Assembly: GCA_044892525.1 (NCBI GenBank)
Contig: CM097885.1
Span: 242,110,001 to 242,174,000, forward strand
From: Schmidtea polychroa
Lineage: Eukaryota
DNA: 64,000 bases
Direction: 5' to 3'
This document shows, piece after piece, positions 52,102 to 64,000 of this stretch (positions within the stretch are counted from its first letter, which is position 1; every line of letters starts with the position of its first letter). Below the pieces are notes generated by a model. It was not told where the DNA came from, searched no databases, and saw only the letters and a program-made list of their open reading frames with translations. The position numbers were made by a program, and so were the translations under genes.

Positions 52102-52819
52102 TGCAACTTGCCTTGAGTTCATATTATCTCGAACTTCTTTCTACGATAAATTTCTTGGTGACGACGTTATTAATAGAAGTTTCGAAAGCATTATAATCTC
52201 TGCAAACGAAAAGAAAACAGGCCGGAGCGACAAAAGGGGAAAACTAGAGAATATCTTGACAGCTGTCAAAGATAGGAAAAAGTCGGAGAATTATGTTGGA
52301 GGAAAAAATTGAAAATTAAAGATAAACTTAAGTGACACAAAGTGACGAGGTATTAAAGGAGGCAGCACAACATTAACAAAAAAACAGTTAAAGCATTCAA
52401 AGCATTCCTTTTAATACACAATATTAATTCTGGTGTTAAAGCATATTTTTTACTTGTATTTGTGTTGAATATGTAAAATTCATTATTTTCTAATGTAATT
52501 ATAAATTTAGTTTGATTCATCCATAATTCTTTTCCTTTTTTATCCCTTCTATAACAGCTGTTTCAATCAATCGTAGACGATGTAAAGCACCAGGAAATTA
52601 TTTTAAATATACATTTAATCTGAAAGTTTTCATCTTTGGGGTTGATGTTATTGATTAGTTTTCTAATATAGCTTCAATAGTTGATTTCTTTTCTTCTTTA
52701 TGTTTTATAAAATTATAATTTAAAGTCCTATTCCTATTACGAATATTATCATTCCAAATCTGATTTTGCTTTTCTATATTTTTTAAATCGTTGTAATATC
52801 GATCCATTTTTAAATGATT

Positions 52820-53250
52820 TTTTCATGTATAGTTTTTCTATTAGTATCCAAAGCAACAAAATTATATCTTGTATTCCAATGATTTCTTAATCTATCAAAG
52901 TCTGATTTTTCCATCAAGGTAGAAAATAAATCATGAAAAATATTATCTTGATCAAGTTTATTCAATTCAAAATATATATAAAAAATTCAGTTTCCAAGTA
53001 TCTTCTTGGTAAATCAAAATAATTTTGTGATGGGTAAATACAACAACAATTTGTATGTCTCGATCTTGTAAAATATGATTCCATTATTTCTTGGTTTTTA
53101 TTATTAACAGAATCATCAAAAACAATCAAGTTCTTATTTTTATTTAAATTCTCACATAGTATTATGTCTGAAAATTTATTACTTATTGTTACTTCAATAG
53201 TATTTATTTTTTCTCCTCCCATTATCTTACACAAATCTGAAATCTTTACA
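52820..53250 (-). pseudogene. A32/FtsK-like packaging ATPase, C-terminal part
   Basis: NLIVFDDSV (Walker B), YFTRSRHTNCCCIYPSQNYFDLPR (the RGRH..I..SQ motif), then frameshifted WNTRYNFVALD. Walker A not recognised. Confidence 0.8.
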
Positions 53251-53469
53251 TTCAGAAGAATTTATCTTGATTTTTAAATATTTTTATTATTGTTTGTTTT
53301 GATAGTTTTTTTTTAATATTGTCTTGCTTATTATAATCTAAAAACTTGGGGTATAATAACTTTAATTTTTAAATATTTTTTATTATTTCGATATTCGTTG
53401 TTTAATTCACCTGCTAAAACCTTAGATTTATCATCATTATCAATTTTGCCAGTCACTTCACTCCGTCCC

Positions 53470-53720
53470 TCAAAGGTGATTTGCGCTTTCATTGTTATTT
53501 TGCAATTGCTCTTGAAAAACTTTCCCTGAATGTTGGATCTTAGATTTCATTAAGGTCTTGAATTAAATCAATTTCAGCTTTTTTTCGACATCTTATATCT
53601 TATATGCAATATCATGTTTAAAGGCGGCTTGATCAATACAATTTATTGGTTCTTCTCCTGGTTTTGGAATATTATTTTCATCAAGTCTTATATCGAATCT
53701 AGTTTCTTGCAGAACATCTC
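53470..53720 (-). pseudogene. Parvovirus-VP1-like phospholipase A2 domain (PLA2X-type)
   Basis: RLDENNIPKPGEEPINCIDQAAFKHDIAY (His-Asp catalytic pair), then frameshifted AEIDLIQDLNEI*DPTFRESFSRAIAK. Confidence 0.75.
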
Positions 53721-53997
53721 TGAGATTTCCAATCGAGACAGACTACATCTTAAAGAAACTTTTCATCCCTACCAACCTCTAGTTTCTGAACAATCTCCAT
53801 ATTCCAATCATAACAAACTTAGGAGACGTGCTATGGATTGTCTGTTTATTCCTCATCGTCAGTTATTACCCGAGTTTCTTCATTAAATTTCTCTAATAAA
53901 GTGGTAGATGAAGACTTTAGGAGTTTCCTGCAATTTGAAGGTCTTGCATTTGCTAAATTCATAAAATAATGAGCTTTAATTTTTTGAAAAAAATATT

Positions 53998-54640
53998 TTT
54001 ATTCCGTTTTGATAAATTCTCTTATGCCTTTAAAGGTCTTAAATTTACCCAATTAAATTTTTTTTCTTCATCAACAAGAAAACCAAATAAACTAGAAATT
54101 GGTAATGTGTGATCTATGTGCCATACACATCCTTGATTTTCTCAATTCATTTCACCATAAAATTTAAATTAAATCCATAGATAAAAATTATCTATTAAAC
54201 ATCCTAAATATCTTAATAATGTTTAACTTTCTTTTGTTTTAACGCTCTTCTAATACCTCCATTAGGTAATTTAATTTTTGGATTTTCATTATATCGTTTT
54301 TTAGCCGTCTGATTAATGTTTTCTTTAATCTTTTGTCAATAATCTTTCTGATATTGTAATATTTTCTCTTTGTGACATGGATAATATCAAGGATGAATTT
54401 CCCTACCATATTTTTGTTCACATTCTATACACTCTGAATTATAAACATAGTAATCTCTCTTTAATCTAATCTTAAATTCGCTAATTGTTTTTTTCACTAT
54501 TACATTTTGTGCAAACTTTTCTTGATAAAGCAGTTTTCGAATTTCTTATTCTTAAAAAACGCTGGTCTTTATACTTTTATTCTCTTAACTTATTTTCTAT
54601 ACTTTCACATTTTTTACACATACCAAAAAAATGACATTTT
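53998..54640 (-). pseudogene. HNH endonuclease with N-terminal Cys-knuckles
   Basis: EMN*ENQGCVWHIDHTLPISS...FNWVNLRPLKA*ENLSKRNK; upstream CKKC and KVCTKCNSEK motifs. Confidence 0.75.
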
Positions 54641-56769
54641 TTAATAATTTTAAAAGATTCATTTGTTTTTTCAATATTACATTTTAATACATATTTTAAA
54701 AGACATTTTTCAAAACATTATTTTATTATGAATTTAGCAAACACTAGCATGTCCTTTTTTAAAACACACTTGAGCCCATTTAAACCAAATAATTATATTT
54801 TGGAAGATGATGTTTGCCTTTATATTTAGCCCGTGGAAATTCTGGTAATTTAGAATTTAATTTTTATTTTTTGTGTTTCGCTTTGTGTGATTTTGAAATG
54901 TATTTACTACAAGATCCGCAATAATATTCTTTACTTGATATTTTTATACTAAACATAAAAAAAATAATAAACAGTGAAACTGCTCTGAGAGGACCGGGTA
55001 TTTGGTTTTTTTTATATCACTGTTCTTTCAGCAGTTATTTTTTAATTTTAACCTCTTTCGTGTATTGAATTAATTCTAATATACTAATCTCATACATCAG
55101 AATCAATTCAATAATTGTAATGCGCATTTTTAAGACTTCTCGCTCTCAACGATGATTTCAACGGTATTTTAAGCGCACTACCGAAAGACCGAAAGATTTG
55201 AAACACCAAAGGTTTTGAAGGAGGTTCGAAAGAGGTCTGAAAGAAATTCAAACAATTCAGGAATCGATCTCGGGTATGTTGGAAAGACTTGTGGCGATGC
55301 TTCCCGGTTCCCAACGACATTCGGTTCAATAAATTATTTTTTCATATTTATTTTTTAAGTTAATTAAAAAAAAATACTAATACACACAAAATATATTAAT
55401 ACATACACTATAGTAAAATATAGTTGTTATATTAAAACAGAAGCATTGAAATTAGTTTATGAAAAAAGAATAGTTTTACTTGGGATTTAAGCCATGTCTA
55501 TTATTAATGTGTGTTGAATAGATTCTAAAAATTTACATACAGTGTCTTTCAAATTCCATTTCAAGGTATGGAAAATAAGGATGATTCTGGTATTCAAGAG
55601 GACCTTGTTGTCGTCTAAAAAACATACTACTGGGCAAGATATTTCAGACACAGCCTAACATATTTACAGAATAAAATATAAAATATAAAAAAAATATAAA
55701 AAAATTGAGACAAATATGTAGGAAACACCATTGAACATTATATTTAAATGNNNNNNNNNNNNNNNNNNNNNNNNNNNNNNNNNNNNNNNNNNNNNNNNNN
55801 NNNNNNNNNNNNNNNNNNNNNNNNNNNNNNNNNNNNNNNNNNNNNNNNNNNNNNNNNNNNNNNNNNNNNNNNNNNNNNNNNNNNNNNNNNNNNNNNATAT
55901 AGAAAACAAACGACTTGTTTAAACGATCAGAATAGAAAATAGGCATGTTTGAAATAAAGAGAAACAAGAATATATGAAGAGATTACGCTCGTTAATAAAA
56001 TTTGTAATTCAGAAGAAACCATTTTTTTGTTGTCGCAGAAAAATCATTATAACCTTCAGCTGAGATTCAGATATTGACATCGCAATTTTATGATTAATAA
56101 ATTTTGAAATAAAATATATAATAAAATAATTAATGTATAAATCAAATTAAAATTGTGTTTTCCTAAATATTTTTTTGTTGAAATGGACTATATAAAGGGT
56201 GACCCAAAAGTTTATGGTTATCCCTAAAAATTATGTCAATCTATCTTTATCAATAAAACAAAAAAAATAGTCTAAAAAATAGATTTTCAAATTGACTCAT
56301 TTATTTTTTCTCAATTATTTAAACAAATATCATTAGACATTAGAATATAAATGAAAATGAGATCGCTATCAAAGATTATTTTCTTTCATTGAAATTTTTC
56401 ATCACTTCTATCATTTCAATTTGACAAGTTTCGATTAATTAAATTATGCAGAATTTTGCGTGATTAATTGAATTATTAAATTGAATTTAAATAAAGTGAT
56501 TTTTATCTGAATTAATTCACCAACTCGTGTAACAATCGAATTTTTTTGTTTATTGCTTTCAATTATTTTCATGGCAATTATAAATCAATTTGTATTTCAT
56601 TAAAAAATTGAAGTCCTAATGAAAGCAAATGAAATTTTAAAAGAAAATTATAACAAATCAAAGGTGAACGAAAGAAATTAATGATTTTAGTGATTTTATT
56701 GAGTATTAATTTAATAAATGGTAAATTGTGGTATGATTTAAATGACACATGACTGAGAACAGTCATGAA

Positions 56770-57290
56770 AGTAAATGGATTGGTGTCCGCATGCACAGAC
56801 TCCCCTGCTGAGGAAAAATTATTAAGACAAAAATAATTTGCTTAATATTTTTAAGTAGGTCAACTAGTATTTTATTTAGATCACGGAATTTTTATGTTTT
56901 TCATGGAACTTTTATGTATTGCACGTCAACATTAAGTAGGTCATCTTTATAACACGGTCCCCGTTGGAACAGTATATAAAATAAGTAGGTCATATAGTTT
57001 TAATTAATAAATAAGTAGGTTATATAGCTTTAATAAATAGATAAATAGGTCGCAGGCACTTATACATTCTATATAGATTTATTTTTAATAAATAAGTAGG
57101 TCAGAAATACATCCTCCTAAAAACAAAGTCTCCACTTGCACAATATTGTTTTATTAGATATAAGTAATACACACACAATATATAGTTTAATTAATTAATC
57201 ACACGCACACTCTATATAAATATCTACTTTAAAACATGGTCTCCACTAGGACATTCAATATATAAAATGTAGGTCAAGTCAATAAATAAC
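56770..57290 (+). repeat. Second copy of the 19040-19555 repeat (opposite orientation)
   Basis: Starts AGTAAATGGATTGGTGTCC..GCTGAGGAAAA, with repeated AAATAAGTAGGTC units. Confidence 0.65.
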
Positions 57291-58522
57291 ATTTTCTATT
57301 TAAATATTGTCGGTTTTATATTGATTATTTTTTTAACTTTATTCCTTACCATGCATAATATTAGACAATGGCTCATTTTAAAGGATTTACAAAGTCTTGG
57401 TGATATTATATGGTAATTGTCCCAGATATATAACGAGTAAATGTGACAGTTCAGGAGTGTCATTGTAACAATGGAGACGGTCAAAACCGAAGAAATTGAT
57501 ATTTTATACGCACGAAAGTATATTCTTAATCAACAAATTGAATTTATCATGTAATTGTTAATTATGCATTTCCATTGCGCACGTCCTTCTTAACCATGCA
57601 ACTGTTTTTATTCCTATTCTGATTGGTTAAATGTGTTATAAATAATCAAACATTTCAACACTTCATAAAAATATCTAAAAAATTTATACGTTAATTTAAT
57701 AAATGGCCTCGTCAGTGGTAACCAGAACAATGAAATCCTCAGTAGCTTTCAATACTTGGTCAATCACACAGAGAAGATAATAGAAGCCACATCCCTGGAA
57801 TAACAATTAATTTTAAATTTGGAAACATTGGAGCAAAAGAAAAAATCCTTCTAATCAATATTTTATTTATTGTTCGATGATCGAATTAAATGGATTGGGA
57901 TAATCATTGGGTTTGTATACATGAAATATACTGAAATCAGGCTCAGAATTTGAAAATTATTGAAAGTTACTAATTACTAATTTTTAATTCATATGAATTT
58001 GATTATAAAATTCAACATATTTTTTACACAATTTATTTTTAGTAATGATGAGTTGCTTAAAAGCAGCCATTTATAGTAATGAGTTAATTCTAGAATTACT
58101 CATCGGAAGAACACCTTTCTTGGTCCAATGCTTCTGAAACAGTCATTTTTACTTCTGAATTTTTACACCACTAATCTTTTCTAATTTTTCAAACAAAAAG
58201 TTGATTAAAATTTCTAAATTAAATATCCATATTTTACTTTTTTTCATTATTATTACGACATTATTATCATTTTTTAAGTATTTGTTAAAGTTTGTCTTAA
58301 TATTGCATTTGATTTGCATTCATGTGGGAATGTCTTAGTGATATTATTATTGTTTTTTTATATGTGTAAAACATTATTATTATTAATCAAAGAAAGAAGG
58401 CAAAGTTTTAATAATTGAAAATCACCAAGTATATAATATATTATATAATATTATATTATATTACTGTTATAATTGTGCTAGTTATGAATATTTGGTTATA
58501 TATGATTTGTGTTAGGAATAAT

Positions 58523-59790
58523 TGTAGGACCCGATAGAGTCTTCGATAAAAAATAGGTGGCGGGGCAATTGGGGTGCGTGTGTGTTGTCAAAAGGTATTT
58601 CTATTGTGGGTATACAACACCTAACAAAAATAATTAATAATAAACTATAATAACCAAATAAACTTTTATTCAACTAAAAAGATAAATACTGTTGGGTTTT
58701 ATGATAGCAAAAATCAACCGTTGGTTACTCTGACTCCACGTGTTCCAAAATCAATAAACACAACTCCCAACGTATATTTGTTTTATAGAAAATTTACAAT
58801 TCTCAATAAATAACTTCAATTTTAGTTAACCACAGTTTCTCACAATTAGCGATCAAACTCCGCTCAGGAAGGTCTCGACCTTGTACGATTTAAAAAATAA
58901 GTTTCACCTTTTTATTTAATTACGCTCTCTGATCCAAACACTTTTAAAATTCCTTTCTGACTCCTCGATTCCTCTTATAATTCTTTTCTTCTTTTTTATT
59001 CCTCGAAATCCTATCGTCTGTTTCTTCTTACCTACCTAAGGCTACCGTCGATTATGTGAATTTTGAGTTTCCTTATATACTCTGATAATCGTTGTAATTG
59101 TCCCATTTTCGACCTAATTGGTTTTGACTTCTTTAGTTATCATTTTCTAATTAGCTATTTCTGTTGACCCTCTTCGTAATTCCCCTTCTTTTGTTTACCC
59201 TCGTTTATCCGGTTGTTTGGATAATTGCCCTCTGAACTCCTAGTTTGTTTACCCTTCGAAATTACCGTGCTCGGGTTTTCTTCATCGCTCGGGTTCTCCA
59301 TTGGCTCGGACTTCCCATTAGCTCGGGTTTCCCATTAGCCAATTAATTAATTAATTAATATTTTACGTTTTTTCACATTTGTCTGTTTTACGACCGTTTC
59401 TAAACATTTTCTAACAATTTCTTGCTCACTGTCTTTTTCACCATCCCCTAATCTACCCCTCGCCTGTTTTCCAGCTTCAATTTCGATAACTTTTCACTTT
59501 ATTTCACTTCCTCAGGTTTGCGCATTTTCCATTTCGTGTCTGATTGTACCCTTTTATAGTTCTGTTTTTATCATATCTTTCTTTACCATTGCTTCTCTGC
59601 TTGACCGCCATTCAATTTCGGTTTTCCTTTTAATATGAACTATATAATTTACTTTTAAAACCTCAACAATACTTTATAGAATCGGAACGAATGTCGCCGG
59701 ATAGTTAGATAAAATTGTTAGATTCAAAGAATTCTCGATTTTAGCTTTCTAGGGAATGGGATTGAATATCACCTGATAGTTAGATACCAT
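58523..59790 (-). repeat. LTR-like repeat related to 24378-25024
   Basis: Shares ~18-bp GAGCCAATGG(G/A)AAACCC tandem units, ATAATTGCCCTCT, and similarity around GAGTCAGAG..AACCAAC with the 24.4-kb copy. Minus strand ends in CA. Confidence 0.45.
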
Positions 59791-60214
59791 AGTATATATA
59801 GTTTTTTTTATCTTTTCCAAACGTGACACGCGCTGAACTATGTCACCAAAAATTACTGAACCTAGTTAAAAAAAACAAACTATAACAACACATTACAATT
59901 ACTATATATTTCGATTGTTTAACAGACTTCTTCAGGATAGGAATCGTATTACTAACAACTAAATGAAAATAAGAATATCCAAACAAATTAATCAAATATT
60001 AATAGTCAAATTGTTAATTTTAATAAAATCTTTCCTTTTTTTGAAAAAAACATCTATTTAATTATATAAAACTTAATATTTTTTTTTAAAAACGCACAAG
60101 TGTTTCTAATTAATATAAAAAATTGAGTTCAATTTAAGTTTAAATTTTTAAAAATAAAAAATTTAGGGAATTACTGTCACTAGCGATTTTGTTCTAAGCA
60201 CACTGATCAAAAAT

Positions 60215-60650
60215 ACGTTACCTTATTCTGAGTGCTTCAAAGAATTCAAGCATAAACATGTAGATAAGACTTTATTTAGGATTTTCTCAACGTCTTGCAA
60301 GGTTGGTAGCATGTTCACTAATAAGTTTCCAACTCCAGTTGGTCTGAGTTCAGAACTCTTCTATCAATTTTTTTAATGGGTGTAATGTAAAATACATTTG
60401 AGAGGCTTTCCGTACTCTCTGCACAAGAGTTCTTGAGCATTGCCGACGGAATGGACTTAGACATTAGTGATCATTTTAGGAAGTGTGCCAATAAAAAAAT
60501 AAGGATTTATTATTTTAAAATGTTGGCAAAAACTTTGAATAATTACTGGGAATTAGTAACGTGCGAGGCGTTGCTAATTAGATCTTTAAGTCCTATAATT
60601 AATATTCAAAATACCCAGTATACATGCATTTTGAATGTATTTAAATAATT
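60215..60650 (+). pseudogene. Penelope-like element 3' remnant (GIY-YIG), same lineage as 20050-22345
   Basis: LPYSECF..., NGCNVKYI*EAFRTL..RVLEH, and YWELVTCEALLIRSLSPIINIQ..TCILNVFK*, parallel to YWERVICEGLLIK*...TCILNVFK* of the 20-kb copy. Confidence 0.85.
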
Positions 60651-60707
60651 TACGTTGTATATTTATTATTTAGGATGATGTTAATGTGTGTTAAAGATTG
60701 CACAGAT

Positions 60708-63700
60708 CTGTGACGTAGCTAGGGTATGTGCCGCCCCCCCTGTACATTTTTAAAATAAAAACTTTCCAAAACAGACGGCCCATTTTGCCTCCCTTTCCAA
60801 ATACGCTACATATCCTTCGCATATACATACTATTTATTCTTGTATGAAAGATTTTTTTCTTATTTAAACAGTGTTTTATAATACATTAAAACATATAATA
60901 AATTAAGCATTGTCAAATTATCATTATATTTAATTTTTAAATAATACAATAAATAAGATACGATAAACAAGACAAAATTAACATATCATTACAGAGTAAA
61001 AAACACAAAATAAATTAATTATAAAATTAGCCAACAACTAAAAATACTGTATACAAAAGTTGTTTATATAAATTGGTATTAAAATAAAAAAGGACACTAG
61101 TGTAATATAACAATAAACACAATATAATATAACAATTATCAACTGATACTTTTTAATTGTCTTAGAACATTAATACCCACAAACTATATTCTACAATCTA
61201 CATAATTACTCTTCTTGCTTTTCGTCTAGCAAAGTCATCAATAACATCATCGAAGTCTGCTTCCTCCGTTAATTGATGTTCTATTGATAATATGGCAAGA
61301 TTTCTCAACCGTAAACTGTGCATAGAAAATCTTAAGTAATTCTTAATTAATTGTCAGGAAAATTCGTAATAAAATGACAATATTAGGTACGGAATTTCCA
61401 AGATTATATTTTTGAATGAACTGTAAAAGCTCAAATGGGCTTTCTTTCAATATGTATGTTTCGTCTCGCATAGCTGCGGCAGCGACGAAACTTATTAATC
61501 TTTTTCTTTCAAAAATAAATCCTTCATTATTAATATCGTCATGATCATCACTTATCTGACAATTATAATCTTCGTTTAAAAGATTAGATGGGGCAAGAAA
61601 TCCATATTTTTCATCAACCACATGAATCTGTTGAAATCTCGTATTTATTTCTTGAATAACCCTGTCTAGAGCTTCTGATCTGGTGCATGTGTTTTCTTCT
61701 TCGCTAGTCAAATCTTCCAAAGAATTTAAAATGTTTGAGAAATTATCTTTTAAGACACTCACAGCTTTAGCCCTTGCACTCCATCGAGTTTCTACTACGC
61801 GTTTGAGACTTTGAGAAGTCGCCGATGTCAGAATGTCCCATCGATGAGTAGAGGAAGAAAAAAATACGTAAAGGCGATCCAAAACTCCAAAAAAAGTTAC
61901 CGAATTGATGGCCACTGAAGCTGCGTGTAGACCGGACAAATTCAGGGTATGATTGGTACATGCAACAAACTCTGCTTTTCTATTAATTTGTTTTATACGT
62001 TTATGAACACCAGTACATTTTCCAGCCATTGCCATCATTGTCATAAGCTTGTCTTCTACAATTTTGAATATCAAGTCCGTCATTTTCTAATTTCTTCAAA
62101 ATCATTATCGAAATGTTCTCGGCAGTTTTACTTTTCGCTTCAATAAAATCAACAAATGATTCCATTATCTTTACTTTATCTCCATCAATCAAACTTGGCT
62201 CGTCTGATCTATATGAGAAATGTCAGGAGTGTTGTCGAATATTATAGAATAGTATTTGGCTTGTTTAACTTGTTCTAAAACTTTGCTTCTTACTTTATTT
62301 CCCAAAATTTCTATAAATTCGTTTTAAATCGTAGGTGACATATAAGATAAGGCGAATTTATTTCCCAGCTTGACTCTAAGAATATGTTCTCTCATCACTG
62401 GATCATATTTTGCCAACAAATCTACTAATTCTAAAAAATTTCCTCTATTATTATTATTATATATTGATTCAGATTTATCTTCTTCTCGATGACCTCGTAA
62501 AGCTAAATTATGTCTCGCTAAGAATTTAATTATATCTAACAATCTTGATAGGATTTGTCTCCACTTCTTCTCTTCATTTTCAACAGCTTCCTGCTCTATT
62601 TTATCAATCGTTGCTCCGCAATTAATTCTTATTTCCAGCTCCTTCCATTGCATGAATTCATGTTCGAGTAGCCTAGGATTAAGTTTCCACCAAGCATTAA
62701 ATCTATCTAAAGAATTAAAATGTAAACCTTTTTCAGCTGGAAATATTCTGCAGCAAAAGCAGTAGAGAGCTTTCTTGTAAGGCGAATATATTAACCAAGG
62801 CCGTAACATTTTTTCGTCATTTGGCAGAGTTTGGAAAAACCAATACAGAAGCAATCCTTTATCTAATTTATACATAAATACAATAACATTCACTTTTATA
62901 TCATCGTTTACACTACACCATTATAATTTATTAATACAAAATATCTGAAGAAATACAAGGTGATTAATTCAATTTTTAATTTTTGTATAAGGCAGGTTGG
63001 AGTGATTCATTTTAAGTTTACAAATAAACAAATGGATTTTTTATGATTTTTTCAATTATGGTGTTTATTTGTAATTGTGTTATTTTTATAATTCATAACC
63101 TAATTTTAGCAACCTTGTATTGTAAAATTTATTTGTAATTTCGAACCTCCAAAAAAACACATGTATTGTGTTTGTATATAAATAAATACAATGATGCATT
63201 AAAACGTACTTCAAGAATTTCATAAAAACAAAATAAAAAAATATTATTTGACTAACCTTGTATTAAAGTTGTAATTATAGAATTTCAGAAGATCACGAAA
63301 TCACTGACACAAATTTTACGCTGCACACGTCACTGTCACGTCCAAAAATGTGATGAACTATGAAATATTTCTCTATCCTAAAGTGTACTATTTTCACACA
63401 TCTGTTTATGCTTAAAACTGGAAGAAAGCTGTCGCGCTGTTTCAATTTGCCGAATTGAATTAAAACTCTATTATACAAATAATAGGTACCTTATCTCGCC
63501 TTTCTGTAACATAACCGTCGTAAAAAGTAGGTAAAATTTTTCTTAAGTCGCTTCATCCGTCTCCGTCTCTCTTTGTTATTAGGTACTATAAAGCACTTAC
63601 TCGACTTGAACAAATAATGGAAAACATCTGTTGAAATTTCGACTTTTACCGATTCTAAAAAATCGCCAAATTTTCGGATAGGGTAAAATATTTGTATCTA

Positions 63701-63911
63701 TAGGGGCAGCCTTTTATGACTGGCAAGTTTCTTAAATTCAACATTTCTTAAAATAATAAATAAGTTATTGTTAAGCTCTTGCTATTCGTGGATATATACG
63801 TATATATTTATTTTAGTGCATTCAGGTTTAAGAACCATACAGATGATCTCATCGCGAATATACCGCCCGGGGCGGCCCGCCCGCCCCCGTCCCACCATAG
63901 CTACGCCACTG
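60708..63911 (-). mobile_element. hAT DNA transposon (ZMYM1/DUF4371-like transposase), degraded, both ends present
   Basis: Ends CTGTGACGTAGCTA / TAGCTACGCCACTG; TSD GCACAGAT vs GCACAAAT (7/8). Motifs WLIYSPYKKALYCFCC, LALRGHRE, GNFLELVDLLAKYD, CRRQAYDN, CTNHTLNL, ETRWSAR, LRNLAILSIE. Confidence 0.93.
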
Positions 63912-64000
63912 GCACAAATACTTTTTAAAATTGAATAAATTATTCATCGATTAAAATTAAAATTATACAATTACATAATAATAAAGAAACAAAAATAGCG

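Larger units (their letters stand above)
52500..54950 (-). mobile_element. Maverick/Polinton (adintovirus-like) relic: Zn-finger, HNH, PLA2-like and packaging ATPase remnants
   Basis: Co-oriented decayed ORFs on the minus strand (see sub-features). The gene set is typical of animal Mavericks/adintoviruses. Confidence 0.8.

Noticed and set aside
6256-55967. ORF-track entries containing X runs (near 6.3, 28.4, 31.0, 32.2, 36.3, 48.9, 49.3 and 55.7 kb)
   Set aside because: They are open only because N-gaps hide stop codons.
57700-58160. Short GC-richer patches that could be small exons (also ~55100-55330 and ~55540-55660)
   Set aside because: No recognisable protein motif or consistent splice chain could be built.
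3200-63478. Numerous 60-90 aa ORFs rich in F/I/K/N/L (e.g. 8340, 10465, 17484, 23225, 43728, 56578, 63293)
   Set aside because: Expected by chance in DNA this AT-rich, with no motifs.

Overview
Very AT-rich animal (invertebrate-type) genomic DNA from a fragmented draft assembly with 8 N-gaps; the species cannot be determined from the sequence. Only two intact host-like genes are evident, both single-exon: a RING-finger protein (37460-38692, -) and an NPY/NPF/PrRP-like class A GPCR (47342-48724, +). The rest is nested mobile-element debris. It includes three Ty3/gypsy relics and three Penelope-like elements (PLEs), one nearly intact and part of a ~1.5-kb-arm inverted duplication. There are two Maverick/Polinton (adintovirus-like) relics: a TIR-bounded one carrying pPolB, and a cryptic one carrying ATPase, PLA2-like, HNH and Zn-finger remnants largely missed by the ORF track. 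DNA transposon material comprises hAT elements with 8-bp TSDs, a Tigger/pogo, Tc1/mariner and Merlin fragments, piggyBac-type MITEs and a fold-back repeat family that abuts most gaps. A short EF1-alpha fragment is also present. All protein family calls come from manual translation and motif recognition, not database searches, and relic boundaries are approximate. No rRNA, tRNA or CRISPR array was recognised.
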